Shown: one piece after another, positions 1 to 14,090 of the stretch
How the letters are laid out: each line of letters starts with the position of its first letter
Numbering within the stretch: the stretch's first letter is position 1
Assembly: GCF_009914755.1 (NCBI RefSeq)
Contig: NC_060934.1
Reading direction: 5' to 3' (one strand)
Origin: the human T2T-CHM13v2.0 reference genome, Homo sapiens
DNA length: 64,000 bases
The notes under the pieces: generated by a model
Told to the model about the DNA's origin: nothing
The model's input: only the letters and a program-made list of their open reading frames with translations
Databases searched by the model: none
Program-made: the position numbers and the translations under genes

Positions 1-1171
1 ACTTCATTTCCCCCTGTTAACCAGCTCCTGGCAACCACCATTCTACTCTCATCTCTATGAGTTCATCTATTTAAGATTTCATTCTATTCAAGGTGAGATC
101 ATGCAATAGTTGTCTTTCTATGTTTGGCTTATTTCACTTAACTTAATGTCCTCCAGGTTCATCTTTGTTGTCACAAATGACTGGATTTCTTTCTTTTTTA
201 AGGCTGAATAGTATTCTATTGTGTACCTATACCGCATTTTCTTTATCTGTTCATCCACTGACAGACATTTAGATTACTTCCATGTCTTAGCTATTGTAAA
301 CAATGATGCCATGAATATGAGAGTGCAGATATCTCTTCAACATACTGATTTTTTTTGGGGTGGGGGATACCTAGAAGTGGGATTGCTGAATCATAGTTCT
401 GTTTTTACCTTTCTGAGGAACTTCCATGCTGTTTTTCACAATGGCTATACCAGTTTACATTCCCACCAACAAAAGTTCCATTCTGTATAAGAGTTCCGTT
501 TTCTTCACAACCTCACCAACATTTCTGTCTTTTTGATAATAATCATTCCAAGAGGTGTGAGCTCATATCTCATTGTGGTTTTGATTTGGATTTTCCTGAT
601 GGTCAGTGATGTTGAGCATTTTTTCATATGGCTGTTGGACATTTTTATGTCTTCTGTTGAGAACTGTCTATTCATACCTTTTACCTAAGTTTTAATAGAG
701 TTTCTTTTTTTACTTATTGAGTTGTATGAGTTCTTATGTATTTTGGATATTAATTCCTTATCAGGTATATAGATTGCCAATATTTTCTCCCATTATAGGT
801 TGACTTTTTATTCTATTGATTGTTGTCGTTGCTCTTCATGAGCTTTTTAATTTGATGCATTCTCACTTGTATATTATTACTTTTTTTCTTGTGCTTTGGT
901 ATCATATCCAAAAATATCATGATCCAAATTAATTTCAAGAAGCTTGTTTCTTATGTTTTCTTCTAGTAGTTTTATGGTTTCAGGCCTTATGCTTAAGTCT
1001 TTAGTTCATTTTGAGTTGATTTTTGTATGTGGTATAAGTTGAGTTCAATTTCATTCTTCTGTGGTTGGACATACTGTTTTCCCAACATAATTTATTTAGG
1101 AGACCATCCTTTCCCCAGTGTGTGTTCTTGGAACACTGTTAAAGATCAGTTGATGGTAATGGGTGGATTCG

Positions 1172-1274
1172 TTAGGTTGGTGCAATAGTAATTGTGGTTT
1201 TGCCATTACTTTTAATGTTAATTAGTGTAATTTAAAGTAATGGGAATACCACAATTACTTTTGCACTAAACTAA
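1172..1274. mobile_element. MADE1 (Hsmar1-derived MITE), palindromic
   Basis: ttaggttggtgcaatagtaattgtggttttgccattactttta ... taaagtaatgggaataccacaattacttttgcactaaactaa followed by TA. Matches Hsmar1/MADE1 terminal inverted repeats; inserted in L1. Confidence 0.9.
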
Positions 1275-1425
1275 TACTTCTGGGCTCTTTCTGTTCCATT
1301 GGTCAATATGTCTATTTTTATGCCACTACTATACTGTTTTGATTATTATAGCTTTGTAAGATATATTTAAATCAGAAAGTGTGATACCTTCCCCTTTGTT
1401 CTTCTTGTTCAATATTGCTTTGAGA

Positions 1426-1791
<366 letters not shown>

Positions 1792-4689
1792 CTACTTTTG
1801 CAAATAATGCCACTGGGATTTTAATAGCTATTACACCAAATCTGTAGATTATTGTGGGTAGTATGGACATTTTAATAATTTTAATTCTTACAATCCATAA
1901 CCATGTATGTCTTTCCATTTGTCTGTGTCTTTTTAAATTTTCTTCATCAATATTTTATAATTTCCAGTGTGTAAGTCTTTTGCCTCTTAAGTTCATCCTA
2001 AGTATTTTATTCTTTTTGTTACTATTATGAATGGGATTGTTTTCTTAATTTTCCTTTTAGATAGTTTGTTGTTTGTGTATAGAACATGACTTATTTTGTA
2101 TACTAATTTTATACCCTGAAACTTCACTGAATTGTTTTATTAGTTCTAACATTTTTTTTCTTTTTTTGTAGTCTATAGAGTTTTCTACATATATGATCAT
2201 GTCATCTGCAAACAGAGATAAGCTTATTTCTTCCCTTCCTAATTAGATGCATTCTATTCCGATTTCCTTTCCTTTCCTCTTCTTTTCTTTTCTTTTCTTT
2301 TTTGTCTAATTGTCTAATTGTTCTGGCTAGGACTTCCAGTACTGTGTTGAATAGATGTAGTGAGAATGGACATCCATATCTTATACCAGAAATTAAAGAA
2401 AAACTTTCAGTTTTCCTCAATGATTATTATGTTAGCTGTGGGCTTTTCATGTATGGCCTGTATTGTGTTTAAACAATTTCCTTCTATACCTATTTTGTTG
2501 AGAGTTTTTATCATGAAAGAATGATGAACTTTGTCAAATGCTTTTTCTGAATCTATTGAGATGATCATATTGTTTTTGGCCTTCATTCTGTTAGTGTGGT
2601 GTATCACGTTGATTGATTTCCTTATGTTGAGCCATCTTTACACCCCAGGGATAAATACCACTTGGTCACGGTGTATGATCCTTTTAATGTTCTGTTGAAT
2701 GCTGTTTGCTAGTATTTTATTGAGGATTTTTGCATCAGTATTTATCAGGAATATTTGCTTTTAGTTTCCTTTTCTTGTTGTATCTTTGTCTGGTTTTGAT
2801 CAGGATGGTCCTGGCCTCATAAGATGAGTCTGGAAGTGATTCCTCCTATTTTATTTTTTTGGAAGAGTTAAAGAAGGATTGTTATCAGTTCTTCTTTGAT
2901 TGTCTATTAGAATTCACCAGATGAGAAGTCATCTCATCCTGAGCTTTTCTTTTTTGAGACACTTTTGATTACGGACTGAAATAAATGTCTTCCTTGTGCA
3001 GTTTGTCTACACTATCCTATTTCTTCTTGATTCAGCTTCAATAAGTTGCATATTTGTAGAAATTTATTTATTTCCTTTAGGTTATCCAGTTTGTCAGCAT
3101 ATAATTGTTCACAATAGTCCCTAATGATACTTTTCATTTCTGAGGCATCCATTGTAATATCTTCTCTTTGATTTCTGATTTTATTTATTTGAGTCTTCTC
3201 CATTTTTTCTTATTAGCCTAGCTGAGTTTGTTGATTTTGTTGATGCTTTCAAAAAATCAACTCTTGTTTATGGATTTTTTTATTGTTGTCTGTTTCTTAT
3301 TTGATTTACTTCTCTAATCTTTATTAATTCCTTCCTTCTGATAATTTTAGGTTTAGTTTCTTCCTCTTTTTCTAGTTCCTTGAGGTGTAAAGTCATGTTG
3401 CTTATTTGAGAATGTTCTTTCCTAGTGTAGGCATTTATGTTGTATTTTTGTTTTCATTTGCTCTGAAATTAAACCTAGTTACATTGCCGCCTCTGCTTTT
3501 CCATGTTTTCTTTAGTCTGCTTTTTAGCTTTACCTTTGTCTATTCTTTCCCTCTTTATTTAAGATCTCTTAACTTGAATAAATATAACAGAGTGAACAGT
3601 GAAGGGGTTATTTCATTCCTTTTGGGAGGATATTCCTCTGTTTTAACCTTGGCTTCTAGGACTGACTGGTCATAAAAGGAAACAATAAATGCAAAGCATT
3701 GAGTCCAAAAGTGGAGAAAAGCCACAGTTCATCTTCCCTGGCAATAATATGATAGTATTATTTTAAGATTCAGTGAATTCTGTTCTGCGAGCTGTAAGAT
3801 TGGTTGATTTGTAATAGGGGGAAAAAGGGCATGTTGTGGGGAGGGTAGACATTTAGAGAAAGTAAATGACCTTGAGGGTATTGAACTCTGTGAATCAACT
3901 TGTTCTCTAAAGTTAGGGGACATACCACTTCTAGATGGTGAACCTGTGGGTGTTCATTTGAACAGTAGAGTCATAGAAAAACTTTACTATCTGGAATATA
4001 ATAAAAATGCTGCTTTAACTGCTAAGTCGCCATCTGTTACCAGCTCTTTGCTACTGGTTTATCTTTTTTCCTTTTAAAACGTGAATTCTTGGATTTTCAT
4101 ATTATAATTTTATACTTACCTTAAATTAGGATTGAGAGGAAACTTTGACAACACCTCTTAAAAGAAAATTATTAACTTGTAAAAATCATACTTTTAGGTT
4201 TGGGTAATAGCTGGGGAGAAAGCAAAAGCAAATCAGGAAGCTTGTAGGTGACTCATGTGCATTTCTATGTATGAGCAACAGGAATGGTAGAACTTTTGTT
4301 CCACTGCAGTTGTACAATCTAATTATTCACTGATCAATCTACACATACTGCATTACTATGTAGGTTTTAAGATGGCATCTTTGCCATATGTCTCTTTTTT
4401 AACCTTGATATCTTACATGTAATAGGTTTTCATCAGTTTTGATGAAATCATGATGATAATGATTACGATAATGCCTCCCATTATTTTCTCTTTAGTATAA
4501 GGCATTTAATGGCTTTTCCTAAAAAATAATGCAAGCAGTTCTTAACCCTAACAATGAGGGATAGAGTAGGTGTCCTTACCTACACTTGTTACTATAAGTG
4601 ATATATTTATATAAAGAGATGTATGTAAAGGAAATTCATTCACTCATTCATTTATGTACCTAACCATTATTCCTTCATCAGTTCTTGTT

Positions 4690-4900
4690 AAGCACTTACT
4701 ATATTAGGCCCTGTATACATTTTACATGAATTATCTCCTAACCTTATAACAATGGTGTGTAAAGAAACTAATATTATCCATTTTATAGATGATAAATTCA
4801 TGATTAGGGATATTAATTATGATGTCCAAATTTGCACAGGTGGCAAATGATACATTTGAAATCTGAACCCACACAATCTAATTCAAGAGTTACATTGCCA
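4690..4900 (-). mobile_element. MIR (degenerate)
   Basis: tattatccattttatagatga and ccaaatttgcacaggtggcaaatga resemble the MIR core. Confidence 0.55.
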
Positions 4901-4984
4901 CTACTTCAAAAAATGTGGTTTATTTTATAGGCAAAGAAAAGGCACTGAATTGAATATTATGACTAAGCTTGTGATCTTAAAAGA

Positions 4985-5180
4985 TTTAGGTTCTGAGTTG
5001 GACCTGATTAAAAATTCCAGCTCCACCAATTACTGATTACATGAACCTGGTGGGAGTTGTTCAGTCTTTCCATACTCCAGGTTCTTCCTTTTTCAACAGT
5101 GTTGCTGAGCCATTAAATGAAACAGCTTTATGTAGAAAGCACTCAGCATAGTAAAATCATTATAAATGTTAGCTATTACA
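4985..5180 (+). mobile_element. MIR (degenerate)
   Basis: aattccagctccacca ... attaaatga ... gcactcagcatag ... aaatgttagctatta. Confidence 0.6.
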
Positions 5181-5827
5181 CACTTACTTCTCTCCTTTTC
5201 TGGAGGAAGGGAGAAGATGGGTTTTTATTTTACAATCTTATTTTATAAAACTATAAGCCTGGAGTCTAGGGGGTAATGTAGGAATTGAAATATGAAATGG
5301 TTCTGATCTAAGGTAGAAACATTAGATGGATGAAAGAATATCATGCCGATAGAATTAAAAATTGTTAGGTTGGAGTATTTTATGTGGGCTGAGAGTAAAA
5401 TAAATCTACAATTTGTGTGACTGGTAGAATGTGAAGCGATTAAATAGGATAGGGAATTGGAAGGGAAGTGCTAGGACAATTCCTGGCACATAGTAGGCAT
5501 GCAACAAAAGGTTGGAAGCTTGATTGCTGTGATCTGTATGCAAAGATCATATGGTTGCATAAATGTGTTAATATTGTTCTTTGGTAAGTGTTTTCCTGGT
5601 ATTTAAGTGCAATGGAGCACAAAGGTTTGTTGTCTAAAGTGTAATAATGAAAGGAATATGACCATTACTCCATCTGTCATTTTCACTCATGCCTTTAAAT
5701 GAGCCCTTTGCTCCAATAAAATGGTTCAGTTAATGGTTCCTTAAAGCCACACACACTTACCTGTCTTTTTGCCTTTGATGAATTTATTGCTTAAGACTTT
5801 AGCCAGTATCTCTTTTTGCCCATTCTT

Positions 5828-6161
<334 letters not shown>

Positions 6162-6206
6162 TAGGAACTTTGGTAGAACTTTCACAGCCTGTAACATATG
6201 TCTCTA

Positions 6207-6289
6207 GCCCTAGCTTGGTTCTAAATCCCATGGTGCCTTCTCCTTGGGAAAAACAGAGAAGGCACTATGAGATTTAGAATCAAGTTAGG
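6207..6289 (+). ncRNA. MIR605: microRNA-605 precursor (5p 6222-6244, 3p 6257-6278)
   Basis: Hairpin is visible: cttggttctaaatcccatggtgccttctc pairs with gagaaggcactatgagatttagaatcaag. Arms match recalled hsa-miR-605-5p UAAAUCCCAUGGUGCCUUCUCCU and -3p AGAAGGCACUAUGAGAUUUAGA. Confidence 0.93.
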
Positions 6290-9200
6290 ACTGCAGATAC
6301 AGGTTACCTATGTTACAGGCTGACAGCCACAGGTATATTGCTCTCTGCACATGTGTTTTTTCCTGGCCTCTCAATGACATTATAAGCTTCTATTATACCT
6401 CATGTGGCGTAACTGCTCTGCAATAATAGAAATTCAATAAAGGACTCTTTAATTTACAATTAAAGTCAGGATTGAATTTTGTGGAAAATCTTGATGCAAA
6501 TGTACAAAAGAACTTCAAGAAAATTAGAATGCCATGAGTCATGCATTTCCTGGTACTATTCATTCTTCTTTAGGTACTATCATTCTGCTCAACCTAACAT
6601 TTCTACCACCTACACCTACCATCTGGAATTATAGGCAGAGGGTATGAAGGGTGTCAAATCTTGAAAGAAAATTGCCTTTTCTCCAAAGTTGATGAAACTA
6701 AACCACAGTTGATTGGATTACTTGCTCAGCAAGAGAGTAGAACCTTGTCTTTATGAATTAAATGTCACTATTTCGTCTATTTGAAGATGACCTTATAGAG
6801 GATCATGGCTTACGACAAGTTATTTTGCTGAGGCTTGAATTTGAATTGTGTGTTGGTGAATGAGGCACTGCACACACAGTCAGAGCAGCTGCTCTCCATG
6901 CAGCTTTTCTTCTCTTTGGTTTTCTGTATCATACACAGTAATCCTTGGGTGTTATTCACATCTACTTCTTGTGGAGTAATAGTATATTATAGTGGTATCA
7001 TAAATTCGGGATTTATGAAAGTTGTGGGACATACCTTCATGTGAATCTCAGTGGGTTACTGTATTTAATGATTTTTTCTCTTTTGTTTTGATTAAGAAGC
7101 TCTTTGCTGGGATGCTGAGTTCCGATTTAAATATTATACACCCTTCTTATTTCTCTCTGCAAAATTATAGCCTTGCTGATGAATTTTGCTTTACTCTTGA
7201 GTGTGGTTTACTTTTGCAGCAAATACAAATTTAGTAAGTTAAATCTAAAAGCCACAGTTAAACACAGTTCTCCTTCAGAGGTAAGAACCATAACTGTTTC
7301 TGTGGACCCCAGCAATGGTACCTTCTTTTACAAAACAATGTTCTTCTTGTTCCATAGTCAATTACACACTGAACCTCTGTGTTATCTGAGATCTAAGCAG
7401 CAGGGCTGCTCTCTCCAGAATTATATTCAGCAGCTGTCTCCTCCCTGTTAGCTTACCCATTCCTGATGTGTTGATTCCTTTCAGAAGGCTCCAATCCAAA
7501 TAAGACTTAATTAGCAGCAGCCTGAAAATAGTGTGTCTGCCTTTCTTTTCCTGTATAAATCTTGTGAGTGCTAAGCTTCTAATTTCACTTTCCTCTTAAT
7601 ACTAACTGAAGGTCCCATAACTTTCTGTGGAATGTTGACTTTTTTTTTGAGTGAGATGAGCTCTTCTCATGCCAGTTAACTCTCATGTCGGTGACAGCAC
7701 AATGGAGAAATATTAGGAAATCTGACAGGGAGAAACATTCATGTCTGATAGAGTCCAGCAACAGATTAGTGAAAGAAACTGGCCGTCCAAAATCATCCTC
7801 ATTCATTTCCTTCACTAAGTCAAAGAAATCATTGTGCTCTGCTTAAGCCCCATGCTGAGTTCATTTTACTGACCCTTCCTTAATATTGGCTGAAGGGTAT
7901 TTTTAATAACTTGGTATGTTTGGGAGTCAAAGGAGGCCAAGTTTCTGGCTAGGCTCAGAAGGGATAAAATAGTAATGGAATGTTTGGGGAATGAGAGGGA
8001 AAAAAAATGCCTAAAAGAAAGGTACCTTCTTTTAGACCTGTTTAATATAACTCCCCTAATTATTTCTGAAGTAGGGGAAAAAATATACAAAACCCTCTGA
8101 GGAATATCAATTTTTAAACATTACAGCCTTGAGTGAGCCACTTCAAAATGTGCAGAGAATTGGCTTATATTTTATTTGGAAACTAATGTTTAAGTCAAAT
8201 GGAGCAACAGAAATCCATAGTAATCTATCCAAAAAAGAAAGACCAAAGGATTGGGAATAGGTCAGGGTGCAGTCAGGAGAGCCAGGCGAGGGATGGCAGT
8301 CAATGGAAGCCAAGCTGGCCCAGTCAGTCTGTGGGCATGTGAGCTGAATCACCAGTGTGGGGACCACTTTCCCGTAAGAAGCCCTGTTGTAATTGATCCT
8401 GTCTCCTGAGCCTCCCCGGCTGCCACTGGACATTGCAGGTTTGGCTTCCTGGCTATTGGTTTTGCAGTCAGAGGAGTTCAGTTCAGTTTAGTGTGTTGAG
8501 TATGAGCAAAGCAGTATGAGCCGTGAGGTATCAGGATGAGTGTGTGACTGCCTTCTCTTCTCATGTGTCATCTGTGTGAATTCTTCCCATGTATCAGCCT
8601 CTTCTAAGACGTGACCTTAACTAGTCCAGTTCCTGGTGCTCTGACCTCTCTCAAGCTACTTCACTCAGAGTGCTGATCAAATGGTTTGGAACCACAGTGT
8701 TAGCTATGTCCTTGTTCCATTTAGTCTGTAAATCCACTGAGGATGTATCTTATACTTCTTTTGAAATACACTCCGCCATTAGCACATTGAGGAGCACTAC
8801 TAGGGGTTTAATTGACACCTGTTGATTGACTGGTACGTTAATTAATGTAGGGCCTTATAAGCATGTCTTCCAGAGACGTTTAAAAACTTTTATTCAAATT
8901 GTATATAACATCTACTTGACAAACATTTTTAGTAAACGTGATAATGTAGAAACAGAATTATTCCCTGTAAAATATTATTCATTTTAGTAATTTGAGATAA
9001 AGAGTTATTTGCTCACTAGATTTTATTCACTTGGCACCTGTTTATTAAGTGCCTATGGTGTGTCATAAGCACTGATGATGTAATTGAGACCTAATAATAG
9101 CCTAGGAAAGTATGAAAAAATATGAATATCTTCAATGTTGGTTCTTTCAGGCCAATATTTTTAAATGACTCATTGGTAGCAAAACATCACTTTTTTTTTT

Positions 9201-9349
9201 TTTTTAACGAGCAGATATTTATAACTGCTACCAAAACCAGGAATAGTTTACTAAATATGGGGGTTTGAAGATATTGTCTTTAGCTGGGAAAAGCTTCCAG
9301 GCTACAAGAGAGGATAAAGACAGTGAGTAACATTTGAGATGTACTTTAT

Positions 9350-9590
9350 TTCATTACCTAACAAACACCTATCCAGCACTCACAATGGACAGGCTGTCTT
9401 CCAAGCAGGAAAAGATTATGGAGCATATGCTGTACATATGACCTCATTTAATCACTATAGTAAGTCTATAAAGAAGGTACTATTATTATCCTCCTTTTTA
9501 AAATAGGGAACTTGAAACTCTATTTTACAGTTAAAGTTCAGAGAAGTTAAGTATTTCACCCAAGGTCACACAGCCTGTGCGGTGGAGCTT
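9350..9590 (-). mobile_element. MIR
   Basis: ctcatttaatc ... aggtactattattatcctcc ... agagaagttaagtatttcacccaaggtcacacagc. Confidence 0.75.
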
Positions 9591-10430
9591 CTTGCAAGAG
9601 TATTTTGGCCCTTTATAGGATAGAGAGATTAATTCCAACCAGGGAAAGAAGGGAATAAAGTAAGCCCCAGGGAATGGATGCTGTTTCAACCGGGTTAAGA
9701 TTGGTTTGAAAACTGGTTAAGATTGGTCTGTTTGCAAATATGGGGCAGTCAAGAATATACCCAGAGAAAGCTATTCCACAAGGGACATAAATGTAAGATA
9801 TTAACAAAATACCATTCTCTGTCCAACATTAAAATTTTAGGAAGATACATCCTCCTCTATTCTTTTCTCTCAAGGACTTCCCAAGTTTCCGTGCAATGTT
9901 TGCTTTAATTCTTTTAATATGAATAATACAATATGTTTTACATGGCACTACCACTTTATTTAAATCTCAAGATTTTCTAAGAGTTAAATGTTCACTGCTA
10001 GTCTTCACAGCAATCATCAAACAGGCCTATTCAGTTTAAGATGGCCTCATGTGTGCGCTGTCAGTGACATCTGCCAAAACCATGTCTTATTTGTGAGAAA
10101 TGCCCCTTGTCTCTGCTTGATGGAAAACTGATCAGCCTCTTTTACTCTTTCAACTCAATGATTAGCAATTACTGCTAACCTAGAAAACTTCGCTGGATAT
10201 TTATTTAAAAATTCTCGTCTTACTGGGCATGATGGATCTTATTTGCTTTTTAATATGAACAGTGAAAGTATAAATACATTCTTACTTTTTGGAGAAGATA
10301 ATAATATTAAATTTAATTTTTGTCTCCAGTGTTATTGCATTTTTCTAACAGAAAAACTAAATAAAACATATCTTTAGAATTTAATTCTCTTTAAGATATC
10401 ACAAACTATTTTTCAATTTTAAAATAAAAC

Positions 10431-10470
10431 TATATCTATATATATATACACACACACACACACATACATA
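10431..10470. repeat. (TA)n(CA)n microsatellite in place of the Alu tail
   Basis: tatatctatatatatatacacacacacacacacatacata. Confidence 0.85.
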
Positions 10471-10754
10471 TTTGAGACAGAGTCTCACTCTGTAACCCAG
10501 GCTGGAGCGCAGTGGTGTGATCTCAGCTCACCGCAACCTCCACCCCCAGGTTCAAGCAATTCTCCTTCCTCGGCCTCCCAAATAGCTGGGATTACAGGCA
10601 CCCACCACCATGCCCAGTTAATTTTGGTTTTTTTAGTAGAGATGGGGTTTCGTCATGTTGGCCAGGCTGTTCTTGAACTCCTGACACCAGGTGATCTGCC
10701 CACCTCGGCCTCCCAAAGTGCTGGGATTACAGACATGAGCCACCGTGCCCGGAC
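10471..10754 (-). mobile_element. AluS (Sx-like)
   Basis: Antisense dimeric Alu from tttgagacagagtctcactc to gagccaccgtgcccggac. Confidence 0.95.
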
Positions 10755-11098
10755 AAAATATTTTAAAACATTGTAAATGATCATTGGGTTTCAGTGGTCC
10801 AAATCAGAATTTTCTTTGGAAGAAAAACATTAAGAGAAATACACTAATAAAAATAAATCAGTGTAAGCACTTGAAAATTAGTTAGAAAAGATGCGTAGAG
10901 ATACCTTGATATAGTAAATATCATATAGTCACGTAATATTAAAAAATCAATTTGAAAACATTACATAGAATCAAATATCTCTAAGGAAAAATCATGTGAA
11001 CAACTGATGTAATAATTAAGTTGAATATCAAAGGATGATGTAAAATCTATTTTAATCATATACTAGGGATTGGACTTTCTGATAAGACCCAGAGACAC

Positions 11099-11497
11099 TT
11101 TATTTATTTTTATTTTTTTATTTTATTATTATTATACTTTAAGTTTTAGGGTACATGTGCACAATGTGCAGGTTAGTTACATATGTATACATGTGCCATG
11201 CTGCTGTGCTGTACCCATTAACTCATCATTTAGCATTAGGTATATCTCCTAATGCTATCCCTCCCCCCTCCCCCCACCCCACAACAGTCCCCAGAGTGTG
11301 ATGTTCCCCTTCCTGTGTCCATGTGTTCTCATTGTTCAATTCCCACCTATGAGTGAGAACATGCGGTGTTTGGTTTTTCGTCCTTGCAATAGTTTACTGA
11401 GAATGATGATTTCCAATTTCATCCATGTCCCTACAAAGGACATGAAATCATCATTTTTTATGGCTGCATAGTATTCCATGGTGTATATGTGCCACAT
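11099..11497 (-). mobile_element. Young 5'-truncated L1PA (L1PA2/3-like) 3' UTR
   Basis: T-rich tail, then attatactttaagttttagggtacatgtgcac, tttagcattaggtatatctcctaatgc, acaacagtccccagagtgtgatgttcccc. Little divergence from the recalled consensus. Confidence 0.93.
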
Positions 11498-12649
11498 ATC
11501 TTACAGATGAAGAAATGGGGGACCAGAAGTTTGTCACTTCCTTACGTCACATTACTTGTAAGGGGTAGAGAGAGCAGAGCTAGTGCTTCAACCCAGGGCC
11601 AGAATCAGCAAGGCCATTCTTTCTATGTGCTGCTAGAAAATGAAGACTTTGTCATGGTGCATTCAGCAGCTCTGATCAACTGGTAACTTGTCAGTTGGAC
11701 AGATCCTATTTTCCAGAGCCTTACTGAAGGTCTGGGGATGGAGTGAGTCACAGGACTGAGCTTGCATCCTATAGGAGCATAATCACCCCTGGAAAGATAG
11801 CCCTTCAATTTTAGGGCAATAGCTATGAGACTGCTACCCTAGTTCTTCCAAAAGTAGAGTTTCAGAGCACAATGGCACTCTTCTCCCACCACCAAAATTT
11901 TCATTTTAGAAAAAGAACAGTAACCTTTAAGGATAGGCCTCCTATCCTGCTTTATACATTTTCAGAAATGCCCTTGAATTATATGTATACTTTTGTGGCT
12001 TGACTTACTAACTTTCCTTTTTGTTGGCTTCCTGCACAGAAAAGCTGTTGGGGGTGACTGGTAGATGCATTTGTTAAAGGGCTAATTTACAAGAGACCAC
12101 TTTACTGGAAAGGGTGCCTCTCTCCAAATAATAAGTAAATAAATAACTTTTTCCAGAAAAATCCTCAAAAACAAAAACTTTCTAAGACCTGTTTACCTTG
12201 CAGAAGCCTTTCAATTGGCCTTTAGGGCAGCATGAACAGAATGTTCTATACCTTGAGTGGTCCATGCACTCAGGAGAATGTGCTGATTTCAGCGTCTTCC
12301 TTATAGCCATGTGAACACCAAAATAGGATTCCTTTTTCCTCTGCTCCAGCTTTCTGGAGCAATTGTTTTGACTGTTCAAAAGTGTAACATTTTGCTTTGT
12401 TTTATGTTTTTCTGGATAAAAATATCATTTTCTTCCTAGAGAATTTGACTTGCTAAGCACATATCTTGTGAATTAATATCACGTTCCTGATATGGAGGGC
12501 TTTTGTAATCAGAATAACTATCACACACCACAGAGGAATAAGAGGTTGAATATGTTCAATTTCTGTCTGACTATTGGAAGCCTCAGGTCATCACTTCTTG
12601 GAGGCAGTCCTGAGTAGATGCAATAGACACTAAGGCAAATATTATGTGT

Positions 12650-12830
12650 ACCATATGACAGTTAATTCTTGGAATAGCTCTGGAAAGTAGACATTATATG
12701 ACCATTATTTTACTGAAGACAATGCTACAGCAAGGATGATTTAGTGACTTATTTAGGGCCTCACAGTAACAGAACCTGGATTGAAATTAAGTTTGGTCTG
12801 AGTCAAAGTCTGCTTTCTTTTCATTCCATT
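12650..12830 (-). mobile_element. MIR (degenerate)
   Basis: ccattattttactgaagac ... tttagtgacttatttagggcctcacag ... ggtctgagtcaaagtctgc. Confidence 0.55.
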
Positions 12831-13877
12831 ACACTGGATAGGCTTGAGAGTATATTGCAGAGAGAATATGGCATTTGTACCCAAATTTCATAGTTGACTT
12901 ACATTTGGGGCTTCTTTTTGAAATTTTGGTTTCACAGGCGAGAATGACAAGTTGCATATCAGAATTCAAGAGTGAGATTTGGGCTTGAAAATCACCTATT
13001 TGAGATTGATATGCATATTTCCCTCTTCAACTTTCCATATAAAGCCAGGCTTTTACCCAGTATGGCCTTGGTTGTACCCCTGTGTAGTTCTGGGAGTTTC
13101 CATAGTTGATATGTGTATGTTGGAGGGGAGGCAGAGAAAATAAACATGTCCATTCTGAATGCCTTTTCCTGTGAGAGATGCTAATCGGCTTTCTCTCTCT
13201 CAGGAGTATATGTTCAATGTCTGGATGTTTTCAATGTCTGGATTAATTCAGCCGTCCAGGAAAGAAGTTTGTGCTTTGCTCTCCATGGACAACATCTAGT
13301 AAAGGAGACTTAGTCTCATCGTTCTTCTCTGAGGAGGCAGGATTCACGACCAACTCATCCCATTGAAGACAATATTAGCAGAAATTATAAAAGGAGCTTA
13401 CAGAGTATTTTGCAAAGTTCATTTACTTACATTGCCAAAAGTTATGTGATTTTACTAAATCCCTCAAAACTCCTCTAAGGAAGTTGAGAATATCTCCATT
13501 TATCCATTGAAGAAACTTCAACTTAGAAAGTTCAAAGGGATTTGTTTGAAGTCATGGAGTCTAATGGCTCCCACTCAAGGGTTCTTTTGTCTGCTGTACC
13601 ATCTTCCACCTGCTGCCTTACACATTTCAGAAGTGTGAAAATGGGGAGCAGACTGTTTCTCCTGGATTCTGAGTATCAGTTGCCCCCTTCCTGAGTTAGA
13701 GAAATATCAACAAACTTGCAGTTTGTATAAGAATTCGATACTTAATGATAATGCATTATTATACAGTGTTAATATATTATATATTATTAATATAATGCAT
13801 AACTACTACACAGATATATTTATGCACATGCATACACACAATCCCTTTATACCTCCTGTTTTCCAGGTAAAATGAGA

Positions 13878-14090
13878 GTTTACATTTATTGAGTGTTTAC
13901 CATGTTCCAGATACTGCCCTTAGCTTTTCAACATAGAAAAGTATTATTATCTTAATTTTGTAGAAAAAGAAGCTGAGAAGACTGTGGAGGTTAAGTAACT
14001 TGCCCAAGGTAATGCAATCAGTGGTGGCACCAGGATTTGACTCCAAGATGATCTTTTCCAGAACGTTTGCTACTAAACACTCTGTTTTAT
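13878..14090 (-). mobile_element. MIR
   Basis: catttattgagtgtttaccatgttccagatactg ... gaggttaagtaacttgcccaaggt ... ggatttgactccaag. Confidence 0.8.

Noticed and set aside
4428-4447. Short hairpins such as tttcatca-gttt-tgatgaaa and tggatat-aa-atatcca (~60589)
   Set aside because: 7-8 bp stems are expected by chance in AT-rich DNA.
11259-11280. C-rich tract (G-quadruplex on the minus strand)
   Set aside because: The ordinary polypurine tract of the L1PA 3' UTR.
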